NCBI GenBank assembly: GCA_965368165.1
Contig: CBDULT010000014.1
Location: 21,543 to 85,542, forward strand
Length of the DNA stretch: 64,000 nucleotides
From: an uncultured Thalassospiraceae bacterium
Lineage (GTDB): Bacteria > Pseudomonadota > Alphaproteobacteria > Rhodospirillales > JAPHRK01
Direction: 5' to 3'
Part shown: positions 39,440-48,100 of the stretch, in pieces
Position numbering within the stretch: the first letter of the stretch is position 1
Layout: each line of letters starts with the position of its first letter
Translations under genes and position numbers: made by a program
Notes under the pieces: generated by a model
The model's input: only the letters and a program-made list of their open reading frames with translations
What the model was told of the DNA's origin: nothing
The model's database searches: none

Positions 39440-39997
39440 ATGGCAGACGACGATTTAGACGAAGATATCGACGAAGAAGGTGAGTACGACGAAGACGAAG
39501 AAGGTGAAGGTGGTGGTGGCAGTGGTAAGAAGAAGCTGCTCCTCTTGATTGTCCTTCCATTGCTTCTTGTTGTTGGTGGGGCGGCCGGAGCCTATTTTAT
39601 GGGCTTCCTGGACCCCGTTCTTGCAATGATCGTCGGTGAAGAAAAGAAGGTGGATGGTGAAGGCGCGGAAGGTGAAGAAGGCGTTCCGATGGCGGTCGTT
39701 TTTTATGATTTGCCCGAGCTTCTTGTGAACCTGAATACCGGGGGGCGGAAAACCAGCTACCTCAAAATCAGAATTAGCCTTGAATTAGAAAAGGCAGAGG
39801 ATCAGGCCAAAATGGAAGCCTTGATGCCTCGGGTCATAGATAACTTTCAGGTTTATCTAAGAGAGTTGCGAGTGAATGACTTAAAAGGCTCTGCAGGTAT
39901 GTACCGTTTGCGTGAGGAAATGCTCACAAGGGTAAATGCGGCGGTGGCGCCGGCAAGGGTCAATGATGTGCTCTTTAAAGAGATGTTAGTGCAGTAA
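39440..39997 (+). CDS. fliL: Flagellar basal body-associated protein FliL
   Basis: Acidic N-terminus, one TM helix, and a FliL domain (FYDLPELLVNL...YLKIRISLE...). Confidence 0.88.
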   Translation: MADDDLDEDIDEEGEYDEDEEGEGGGGSGKKKLLLLIVLPLLLVVGGAAGAYFMGFLDPVLAMIVGEEKKVDGEGAEGEEGVPMAVVFYDLPELLVNLNTGGRKTSYLKIRISLELEKAEDQAKMEALMPRVIDNFQVYLRELRVNDLKGSAGMYRLREEMLTRVNAAVAPARVNDVLFKEMLVQ

Positions 39998-40062
39998 TTT
40001 ATGTTTTATATGATGAGACAATCAGATCAACTATGGAGTGCCTTTAACGGGCTTTCGTCATA

Positions 40063-41232
40063 ATGGATGATGAAGATCAAGATGCTCTAGCCGCTGAATG
40101 GGAAGCTTCTCTTGGAGGAGGTGACGATGATGGTGGTGATGATGGCGGTGGAGGTGATGCCGAGGATGGTGATGCTCTAGCGGCTGAATGGGAATCAATG
40201 GTTGCCGGTGATGATGGTGACGATGATGGCCTTGATTCAGCCGTAATGGCGACATCAACAGGGCGTGAAGCCACGCGTGTGCTTGACCAGAATGAGATTG
40301 ATAGTCTTCTCGGCTTTGATGATGACCATGGTGATGCGGGCGAACAGTCTGGTATCCAAGCCATTCTTAATAGTGCGTTGGTTTCTTACGAACGTTTGCC
40401 TATGCTCGAGGTGGTCTTTGATCGTCTCGTGCGTATGATGTCAACATCCCTACGGAATTTTACCTCTGATAACGTTGAGGTCTCCCTCGATAACATCGTT
40501 TCTATTCGTTTTGGTGACTACCTTAACTCCATTCCGTTGCCTGCTATGTTGGGTGTTTTTAAGGCGGAAGAATGGGATAACTTTGGTCTGCTGACTGTTG
40601 ATTCATCGCTAATCTATTCCATCGTTGACGTGCTGCTTGGCGGGCGTCGTGGGACAGCAGCCATGCGAATTGAAGGGCGGCCTTATACCACCATTGAGCG
40701 TAATTTGGTGGAGCGCATGGTTCATGTGGTCTTGTCTGATCTAAGTACCGCCTTTGATCCGCTGAGTCCGGTGACTTTCCGGTATGATCGTTTGGAGACA
40801 AATCCTCGGTTTGCAACGATTTCGCGGCCTTCTAATGCGGCGATTGTTGCCAAGCTCCGTATTGATATGGAAGACCGTGGTGGTCGTTTAGAGCTTCTCC
40901 TTCCTTATGCGACGTTAGAGCCTGTTCGTGAACTTCTCTTGCAGATGTTCATGGGTGAAAAATTCGGACGAGATTCCATCTGGGAAACTCACCTGGCCAA
41001 TGAGCTGTGGCGCACCCATGTTTCTCTAGAGGCTGTTCTTGATCAACAAATTTTGAATCTCCGAGATATGCTTAATATGCAAGTGGGATCAAAAATGCTC
41101 CTTAATGCGACAACTGAATCTGATGTCTTGTTACGGTGTGGGCAAATCCCCATGTTCTCAGGGAAGATGGGCCGCAAAGGTGATCGGATTGCTGTAAGAA
41201 TTGATAACAAAGTGAGGGAGGAGGATAACTAA
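40063..41232 (+). CDS. fliM: Flagellar motor switch protein FliM with an acidic N-terminal extension
   Basis: LDQNEIDSLLGF (the CheY-P binding LSQxEIDxLL motif) sits at about residue 75. The FliM middle and C-terminal SpoA-like domains are present. Confidence 0.9.
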   Translation: MDDEDQDALAAEWEASLGGGDDDGGDDGGGGDAEDGDALAAEWESMVAGDDGDDDGLDSAVMATSTGREATRVLDQNEIDSLLGFDDDHGDAGEQSGIQAILNSALVSYERLPMLEVVFDRLVRMMSTSLRNFTSDNVEVSLDNIVSIRFGDYLNSIPLPAMLGVFKAEEWDNFGLLTVDSSLIYSIVDVLLGGRRGTAAMRIEGRPYTTIERNLVERMVHVVLSDLSTAFDPLSPVTFRYDRLETNPRFATISRPSNAAIVAKLRIDMEDRGGRLELLLPYATLEPVRELLLQMFMGEKFGRDSIWETHLANELWRTHVSLEAVLDQQILNLRDMLNMQVGSKMLLNATTESDVLLRCGQIPMFSGKMGRKGDRIAVRIDNKVREEDN

Positions 41233-41233
41233 A

Positions 41234-41719
41234 ATGCCTTTTTCACTGATATTAGACATTTTAATCGCTGTTTTGCTTGTTGCTTCAATTGGTTACACCG
41301 TATCGCTTAATCGACGTTTGACAGCATTGCGCCAAGATAAAGACGAATTGGAAAGCCTAACGTCTAAATTTGCAGATGCGACAACAAAAGCCGAAGCAAG
41401 TATTCAGACATTGAGAGGGTCGACCGATGAAATTGCGTCGGCTCTTAACAAAGAAATTGAAAAAGCCGAATCTATGCGTGACGACCTGACATTTTTGGTT
41501 GATCGAGCTGGTTCTCTCGCTGATCGGTTAGAAGGGGGGGTGCGTGACGCCCGGGCGGAAGCGCCTATGGATAATCCTCTCGGTGTTGAAGATGCCTTTA
41601 TGGACCCTCCTAAGCCGAAAAGCCAACCTAAGCGGGTTGCTGACCCGGCTGATGAAGGGCCTGAGGCTAGGGCTAAAGCCCAGCAAGAGCTGCTCAAAGC
41701 CTTGCAGTCTATGAGTTAA
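41234..41719 (+). CDS. Membrane-anchored coiled-coil protein of the flagellar locus (DUF6468/PflI-like, tentative)
   Basis: N-terminal TM helix, coiled coil and a Pro/Lys-rich tail. It lies immediately after fliM, the position I recall for Caulobacter pflI. Confidence 0.5.
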   Translation: MPFSLILDILIAVLLVASIGYTVSLNRRLTALRQDKDELESLTSKFADATTKAEASIQTLRGSTDEIASALNKEIEKAESMRDDLTFLVDRAGSLADRLEGGVRDARAEAPMDNPLGVEDAFMDPPKPKSQPKRVADPADEGPEARAKAQQELLKALQSMS

Positions 41720-41733
41720 GGAGGCTTGCCGTC

Positions 41734-42456
41734 ATGCTTAAATTTTTTGCCAACGTACGGATCATTCCTCTGACGATCATCGCTGCGCTTGTTTTCTTAC
41801 CGGTGAAGTTAAATTCAATCTGGACCGGTATTGATATCATGTTTGAAGGCGTGGAAATGTCGAAAGCTGAGGCCCAGCAGGCAAGAAGTTCTGGCGAAGA
41901 AGCGAAGCCAGATGAAGAAGCAACAGACGCTGCCGATAACGAAGACGATGGTGAAGAGGCCGATGATGAGGAAGAACTTGATGATGAGGCTGAAGCAGAT
42001 AAGATGCTCGCCAATGATCCAACTCTCTTCACCCAGCAAGAAATTGACCTTCTTCAACAATTAGCTGAACGTCGCCAGAAGTTGGTAGAACGTGAAGCTG
42101 AAATGAACCAGCGCGATGGTTTGTTGCAAGCCGCTGAGGCGCGAATCAACAAAAAAGTACAAGAACTACGCAATTTAAAAGAAACTATTGCTGGTTTAAT
42201 GCTTAAACATGACGAGCAGCAAACCAAGAAAATGTCGAGCCTTGTTAAAATATATGAAAATATGAAGCCTAAAGATGCCGCTCGAATCTTTGGAGAATTG
42301 GACATGGATACTTTGCTCATGGTCGCTGAACGTATGAAAGAACGTAAGCTGGCTGCGGTTATGGCGAAGATGAATCCTGAAAAAGCGAAAGAGATGACTG
42401 TGGAACTGGCACGCATGAGAGACATGCCGTTGCCTGGTTCTGAAGGGGGTGGGTGA
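41734..42456 (+). CDS. MotE-family / MgtE_N-like flagellar protein
   Basis: TM helix, acidic tract, coiled coil and a C-terminal KIYENMKPKDAARIF..L....L..V..RMKERKLAAVMAKMNPEKA pattern. Confidence 0.7.
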   Translation: MLKFFANVRIIPLTIIAALVFLPVKLNSIWTGIDIMFEGVEMSKAEAQQARSSGEEAKPDEEATDAADNEDDGEEADDEEELDDEAEADKMLANDPTLFTQQEIDLLQQLAERRQKLVEREAEMNQRDGLLQAAEARINKKVQELRNLKETIAGLMLKHDEQQTKKMSSLVKIYENMKPKDAARIFGELDMDTLLMVAERMKERKLAAVMAKMNPEKAKEMTVELARMRDMPLPGSEGGG

Positions 42457-42594
42457 CTTTAATTCACCTTTATACATAAGTATTATGAAAAAAAGAGTTG
42501 AACCAAAGGGTCCCATGTTTTTACTTTAAACATTCACCCTTCGTGTTAATCTCTATGCTCGAATAAGAGACGCGCCGGAATAATGGAGATATAA

Positions 42595-42981
42595 ATGGCT
42601 GTCGATAAAAATATGAGTATCCTTATCGTTGATGATTACAAGACGATGCTTAGGATTTTACGTAACCTGTTACGCCAATTAGGCTTTGCCAATGTTGATG
42701 AGGCCATTGATGGTTCTTCAGCTATGCAAAAAGTCAAACAAAGCGACTTTGGATTAATCATTTCTGATTGGAACATGGAGCCTATGACTGGCTTGCAGTT
42801 CCTTAAAGAAGTGCGGGCCGATGCTGCCCATAAGCACATTCCATTCATTATGGTTACTGCGGAAAGTAAATCAGAAAACGTGATTGCGGCTAAAGAAGCT
42901 GGTGTATCAAACTACATCGTTAAGCCGTTTAATGCTGAAACACTGAAAGCTAAAATGGTCAGTGTCCTCGGAGACTTCTAA
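42595..42981 (+). CDS. cheY: Chemotaxis response regulator CheY
   Basis: 128-aa single REC domain with DD, the phospho-acceptor context ISDWNMEPMTG, and K in YIVKPF. Confidence 0.9.
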   Translation: MAVDKNMSILIVDDYKTMLRILRNLLRQLGFANVDEAIDGSSAMQKVKQSDFGLIISDWNMEPMTGLQFLKEVRADAAHKHIPFIMVTAESKSENVIAAKEAGVSNYIVKPFNAETLKAKMVSVLGDF

Positions 42982-42991
42982 GGATTACTGC

Positions 42992-43657
42992 ATGACTAAC
43001 CAGGGTGACGACCTTCGTGCCAAACGAATCGAAGCGATAAGAGAGAAATACGGGGATACTGTCCCCGTTGAACTCTTAGCTGATGTTGCGGGTGAACTTT
43101 TAGCCGTAACAAAAGGCGGAATGTCCACTGAAACGGACCTTTTTTCAGATTTGAGGGATTTGGCAAACTATATTCATGAGGCGCGTATGGAAATTGCTTC
43201 CTTGCGGCCTGATGAAGTAGGCGAGACCCTTATTCCGAGCGCGACAGATGAATTGGACGCTATCGTCGAAGCGACGGCGACAGCGACCAACTCAATCATG
43301 GATGCGACGGAAGAAATAGAAGTCGCCTGTGAGAAGCTTGATCAGGGTTTGCAAAACGGGATCATGGATATTACGTCAAAAATCTATGAAGCTTGTACCT
43401 TTCAAGATATCACGGGGCAACGGATCACTAAAGTTGTGACGGCCCTAAAGAATATTGAAGATAAAGTTGATGGCTTGGTCGAGGCCTTTAGTGATGAAAT
43501 TGAGGCGGCTAAAGCCGAACAAAAAATCAAAGACGACGCTGATCAAGACGTTAAGAAGGAAATTAATGAAAAAGATGACCTTCTAGAAGGACCGCAGTTG
43601 GCTGGACAGGGAACCAATCAAACCGACGTGGATGCTTTGCTCGCAAGCTTTGACTAA
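42992..43657 (+). CDS. cheZ: CheZ-family CheY-P phosphatase
   Basis: FQDITGQRITKV matches the CheZ catalytic D-x-x-x-Q motif context. It has an acidic C-terminal peptide and directly follows cheY. Confidence 0.75.
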   Translation: MTNQGDDLRAKRIEAIREKYGDTVPVELLADVAGELLAVTKGGMSTETDLFSDLRDLANYIHEARMEIASLRPDEVGETLIPSATDELDAIVEATATATNSIMDATEEIEVACEKLDQGLQNGIMDITSKIYEACTFQDITGQRITKVVTALKNIEDKVDGLVEAFSDEIEAAKAEQKIKDDADQDVKKEINEKDDLLEGPQLAGQGTNQTDVDALLASFD

Positions 43658-43677
43658 GTCCAGAGGACGAATCCACC

Positions 43678-44421
43678 ATGGACCAAACAGAGTTCATACA
43701 AGATGAGATAGACCAGGGGAATTCAGGGGGAAGCGATACCATCGCCATCTTCTTGGGCCTCTATCTTCTTATTTTGGCGTTCTTTATTATTTTGGTCAGC
43801 ATTTCCAGCACAGAAGAACTCAAAGCGAAAGCTGTTCAAGATAGCCTAACAACGACATTTGCTGCCATCCTGCCGCAGCCTAAAGAGCTTTCCAGCTATA
43901 CGGGCGAATCAGGAAGTATTATTGCGGGTCAACAATTTATGGACCGTATCCAAGGTCTTTTTGCTGCGGCTGTGCAAGTGGCTAAGGTCGAAGTTATGCA
44001 ACCGGGTAAACATATGAAGATCACCATGCCCGCCGAAGCTTTGTATTTTGCTGACGGTGCCGAGATCAGGCCTGCCCAAAGCCCGCTCATGGACCGCATT
44101 ATTGCCTCCCTTAGCAGCAGCCCGCCTGGGATGCGCTTTGATGTTGAATTTATTGTAGGGAGTGAAATCATGCCGGGGGGCGGATTACCCATTGGTCAAG
44201 CCTTGCAGATGAAAAGAGCAGGAGCTTTTGCGCGTGAAATGCGGCTGCGCGGAGCACCGCCTGATTCTGTTGCAATTGGTATGATGGCAAATGACCCAGA
44301 TGAAGTAACCATGCATTTCTTTGTTCGTGAGATTGTCGCTAACCCGGGGCAAGCCAATGTGCCCGCCGTTACCCCTGATGATACTGAATCGCCCGCTCTA
44401 CTTATTGAAGGGGGGCGGTAA
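43678..44421 (+). CDS. MotB-like membrane protein with a degenerate plug/Asp region and a degenerate OmpA-like domain
   Basis: MotB-like TM helix (IAIFLGLYLLILAFFIILVSIS) without the conserved Asp. The C-terminus resembles an OmpA-like fold but lacks the GHTD and NxxLSxxRA motifs. Confidence 0.55.
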   Translation: MDQTEFIQDEIDQGNSGGSDTIAIFLGLYLLILAFFIILVSISSTEELKAKAVQDSLTTTFAAILPQPKELSSYTGESGSIIAGQQFMDRIQGLFAAAVQVAKVEVMQPGKHMKITMPAEALYFADGAEIRPAQSPLMDRIIASLSSSPPGMRFDVEFIVGSEIMPGGGLPIGQALQMKRAGAFAREMRLRGAPPDSVAIGMMANDPDEVTMHFFVREIVANPGQANVPAVTPDDTESPALLIEGGR

Positions 44422-45152
44422 TGTACCAGGAAAGCACCTCTTCAAATTCAGAGCCCTTCGGCGCAGGAGATCGGGCTGAAAATTCCAAAGCTTGGATGGT
44501 TACCTTTACCGACCTGGTTTCCCTCATGTTGACATTCTTCGTTCTTCTCTTCTCGATGTCGTCGGTCAAAGTAGATAAATGGGATGAGATGATTAATGCT
44601 CTTTCAAAGAGCCTTAATCCACAACTGGAAGAAAGAGTTACACAACCAACAGCACAATTTAATATTTCTACCGTTTTTCAAAAGCGCGCCATTAACCTTG
44701 AATATCTTCATGCGGTTATTGAGGAGAAAGTCGAGCCAGGCTCAGTTCTCTCTAAATCAAAACTCGAACTTTTAGATGATCGTTTGGTTATTTCTCTCCC
44801 TGGAGACCTCTTCTTTAAGCCCGGGAGTGCTGTTCTTTCGAAATCCGCGCAGGAGGCTATGTTTGAGCTTGGGGGGATTTTGCGTAATGTGGATAACCTG
44901 ATTGGTGTGAATGGACATACCGACCCCATTCCCTTAAAAAATGGCCTTTATGATTCAAACTGGGAACTCTCCCTTGGTCGGGCAATTTCAGTTTCAAATG
45001 CTTTGATGCGTGCAGGCTATACGGAAGAAATTATCGCCTTTGGCTATGCTGATTCAAAATATCAAGCGGCACCAGATCTGGATGAAGTAGAGAGAAATGC
45101 AATTGCACGCCGGGTTGATATTGTTGTTTTACCGACGGATTTTACACGATGA
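44421..45152 (+). CDS. motB: Flagellar motor stator protein MotB / OmpA family
   Basis: AWMVTFTDLVSLMLTFFVLLF (conserved Asp present) and the OmpA-like GHTDPIP...SNWELSLGRA. Its start overlaps the upstream stop (TAATG). Confidence 0.75.
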   Translation: MYQESTSSNSEPFGAGDRAENSKAWMVTFTDLVSLMLTFFVLLFSMSSVKVDKWDEMINALSKSLNPQLEERVTQPTAQFNISTVFQKRAINLEYLHAVIEEKVEPGSVLSKSKLELLDDRLVISLPGDLFFKPGSAVLSKSAQEAMFELGGILRNVDNLIGVNGHTDPIPLKNGLYDSNWELSLGRAISVSNALMRAGYTEEIIAFGYADSKYQAAPDLDEVERNAIARRVDIVVLPTDFTR

Positions 45153-48100
45153 GAGGGCATAGCTTAAAAAAATTAGCTGTCTTAGCCGTCTTTGTTCTTA
45201 CAACATTTTTGGCAACGGGCCGTGCCTTTGCTGAGCCTGTGACCATAAAAGCGGGAACTCATCCAGGTTATGGACGTTTAGTTTTCATTTGGTCTGTGCC
45301 AACGCCATATACCGCCGTGATTGAAGGTGACCGCCTTATTATTTCGTTCCCCAAAGATATTGAAGCGGACTATAGGGGGGCAACAAGCGTATTAAGCCGA
45401 TATATTCGGAGTGCAACCCCGACACCAGATGGACGTGGGGTTGTTTTTAGACTCACCAAGAAAATTGGCCTGCGTTATTTTGATATGGGGCGGTCCGTGG
45501 TTGTCGATTTGATGGACGATACGGGCGAAGACCCCGCGCCAACGGCATCACCTTCTAAACCTCAAGTCCAAACTCAAACTGAATCACAAGCTGTAAAACC
45601 TGTAGCAGGCGGACAAACTATTGGCGTGAGAAGTGGCCAGCATAAAGATTATAGCCGTTTAGTTTTCGATTGGCCCTCAAAGGTTGGTTATACCCTCAAT
45701 GAAGAGGGAGCAACGGCGACAATTGAATTTGACCGTCTGGCAACTTTAAACCTGGAAGCCGTCACACGGCGTCTTCCCCGTAATGTTAAAGGCATAAAGG
45801 CAACAACCGGAGAAGACAAAACGATTGTTACGGTGTCTGTTGCCCCTGGTTCGGGCTTTAAGCATTTCTTGAGCGGTCCAAAAGTGGTGCTTGATGTTCT
45901 TAACCCCACAGCATCACGCATTGCTGAGGCAGCGAAAAAGATACCCGTTAAAAAGACAGAACCAAAGGTGCCTGAAGCTAAGGTTGAAGATAAAAAAGCC
46001 GAATCCAAAGCCCCTCCGGCTGTCCCGGCTAAACCTGTCAGTGCCGCTGAAGAGCTTGCTAAACCGGGCGAAGAAGCAAAGCCTGTAGAAAAAGGTGGAA
46101 CTGAAAAAGGCAAAGAAGGCACTGTTACAGAAAAAGCAATGGGTGAAGTGGGCAAGCCCATGCAGCTCACTGCTGATCAGCCTGAAACAGCGATTGGAAA
46201 TGAGGAATTTACTTTAAGCTTTACTTGGAATGAACCCGTCGCGGCGGCAGTGTTTAGGCGTTCCGGGACCCTGTGGGTGGTGTTTGATCGTCACACTGTG
46301 CCAAACCTAAAAGCTCTTAAAGAAGCTGGTGGCGGCGTGATCAAGGATATCATCAAGCTTTCAGTTGATCGGGCGACGGCTTTGCGGTTTGTCATTCCTG
46401 AAGGCATTAACCCGCAAGTGGGTCGGGATGGCTTTAATTGGACTTTGAAATTCAAACGTCAGCCCTTGAAGCCGCTTAATATTGTTGATTCAAAATCCGA
46501 AAAATTGCCGGGGATTGGCTCCAGGATGTTTATGCCAGTTGCGCAAGCTGGCTTAGCAATCCCTCTTCGTGATCAAAATACTGGTGATAACTTGGTTGTT
46601 GTCCCGGTCGTGCCCTTAGGGCAGGGCATCGGGCAAGAACGGGATTATGTTGAGTTTAAAGTCCTGGCAAGTGCCCAGGGTATTGCCATTGAGCCAAAGA
46701 TTGACGACCTAAGAGTTCGGCCTTTTATCCAAGGTGTTGAACTAACAAGTCAGACAGCCCTTAACGTAACACCTTTAGATGCCAAATTAGAGGCTGCGGC
46801 CAAGATTGCCGCCCCTTCATCGATGAGTCGTATTTTCCAGTTTAGAAGTTGGCAGATAACCGACTTTAAAGACTATAATGAAAACCGACAAAAACTACAG
46901 TACGCGATCTCAATGTCTAAAAAGGAGCAGCGTGAAAAAGCTCGGATGACACTTGCGCGGTTTTTCCTTTCTTTCGGTCTGGGGCACGAAGCGGATGCCG
47001 TCCTCAGGATGATGCTTATTGATCGACCTGAAGTTACAAAAAATATTGAGTTTTCCGCCATTCGAGGGGCCGCAAAATTCCTTAAAGGACGTTATAAAAC
47101 AGCAATTGAGATGTTCTCGAAAGATGAACTGGGCAACAATGATGAAGCTCGTTTCTGGTTGGCGGCTGCACAGGCCTCAACGGGAGACCTTGCAACGGCG
47201 GGACCTAACCTCGGTCGTTTTGGCGGTATTATACGGACCTATCCGCGTAAGTTGAAAATGCCTCTTGGGGCTTTAGCTATTGAGACGGCGATTGCTTCGG
47301 GGGATGTAAAAGCCGCCGAACGTTTCCTGGATATGCTCAAACTTGAAGAACCGACCCCAAGAGAACAAGGTCAGTTATCTTACCTGCAAGGACGCGTTTC
47401 TGAGTTAGCGGGCAATATTGATGAGGCCATTAAGAAATGGGAAGAAGCACAAGATGGTGCCCACCGTCCTTCAAGAGCTAAAGCGGCCTATGCTCGGGCA
47501 GAAGTTCTTCGGGTTTTAGAAAAAATCACCAATAAAGAGGCCATCGAAGAACTTGAAAAACTTCGTTTTGCTTGGCGTGGAGATGATTTCGAATTCAATT
47601 TGCTGCGTAAATTAGGCGTTTTGTATTTTACCGAGAAAAATTTCCGTCAAGCTCTTCTGGCTTTAAAAGAAGCGGCAACAAATTTCAGAAAGCATCCTAG
47701 AACGCCTGAGATTACGCAAGAAATGTCAGCAGCTTTTGATAAGCTTTATTTAGAAGGTGATGCTGATAAAATCTCGCCGATCAAAGCAATTGCTCTTTAT
47801 GAAGAGTTTAAGGAGCTTACCCCTGCTGGTAACAAAGGGGATTTGATGATTCGTCGATTGGCAGACCGCCTCGTTTCTGTTGATCTTCTGGACCGTGCTG
47901 CCAAGCTCTTAGCAAACCAAGTTTCCTTTCGTTTGAAAGGCGAGGAAAAAGCAAAAGTAGGGGCTAAGTTAGCTCTGATTTATATGATGAACCGCGACCT
48001 GAAATCGGCTCTCAAAACTATTAACGATACGGATAGCCCTGGGTTGCCCAATGAGTTGGCAGAAATGCGCCGCCATCTACAAGCCCGGACTTTGATGGAG

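Noticed and set aside
40058-40258. His-rich 66-aa minus-strand ORF (HHRHHHHRQ...)
   Set aside because: It is an antisense artefact of the GAT/GAC/GGT-rich region encoding the acidic FliM N-terminus.
41709-42032. Ser-rich 107-aa minus-strand ORF
   Set aside because: It is antisense to the acidic GAA/GAT tract of the MotE-like gene and is a low-complexity artefact.
45688-46170. 160-aa minus-strand ORF inside the giant secreted protein gene
   Set aside because: It is antisense to the K/P/E/A low-complexity linker, so it is a compositional artefact.
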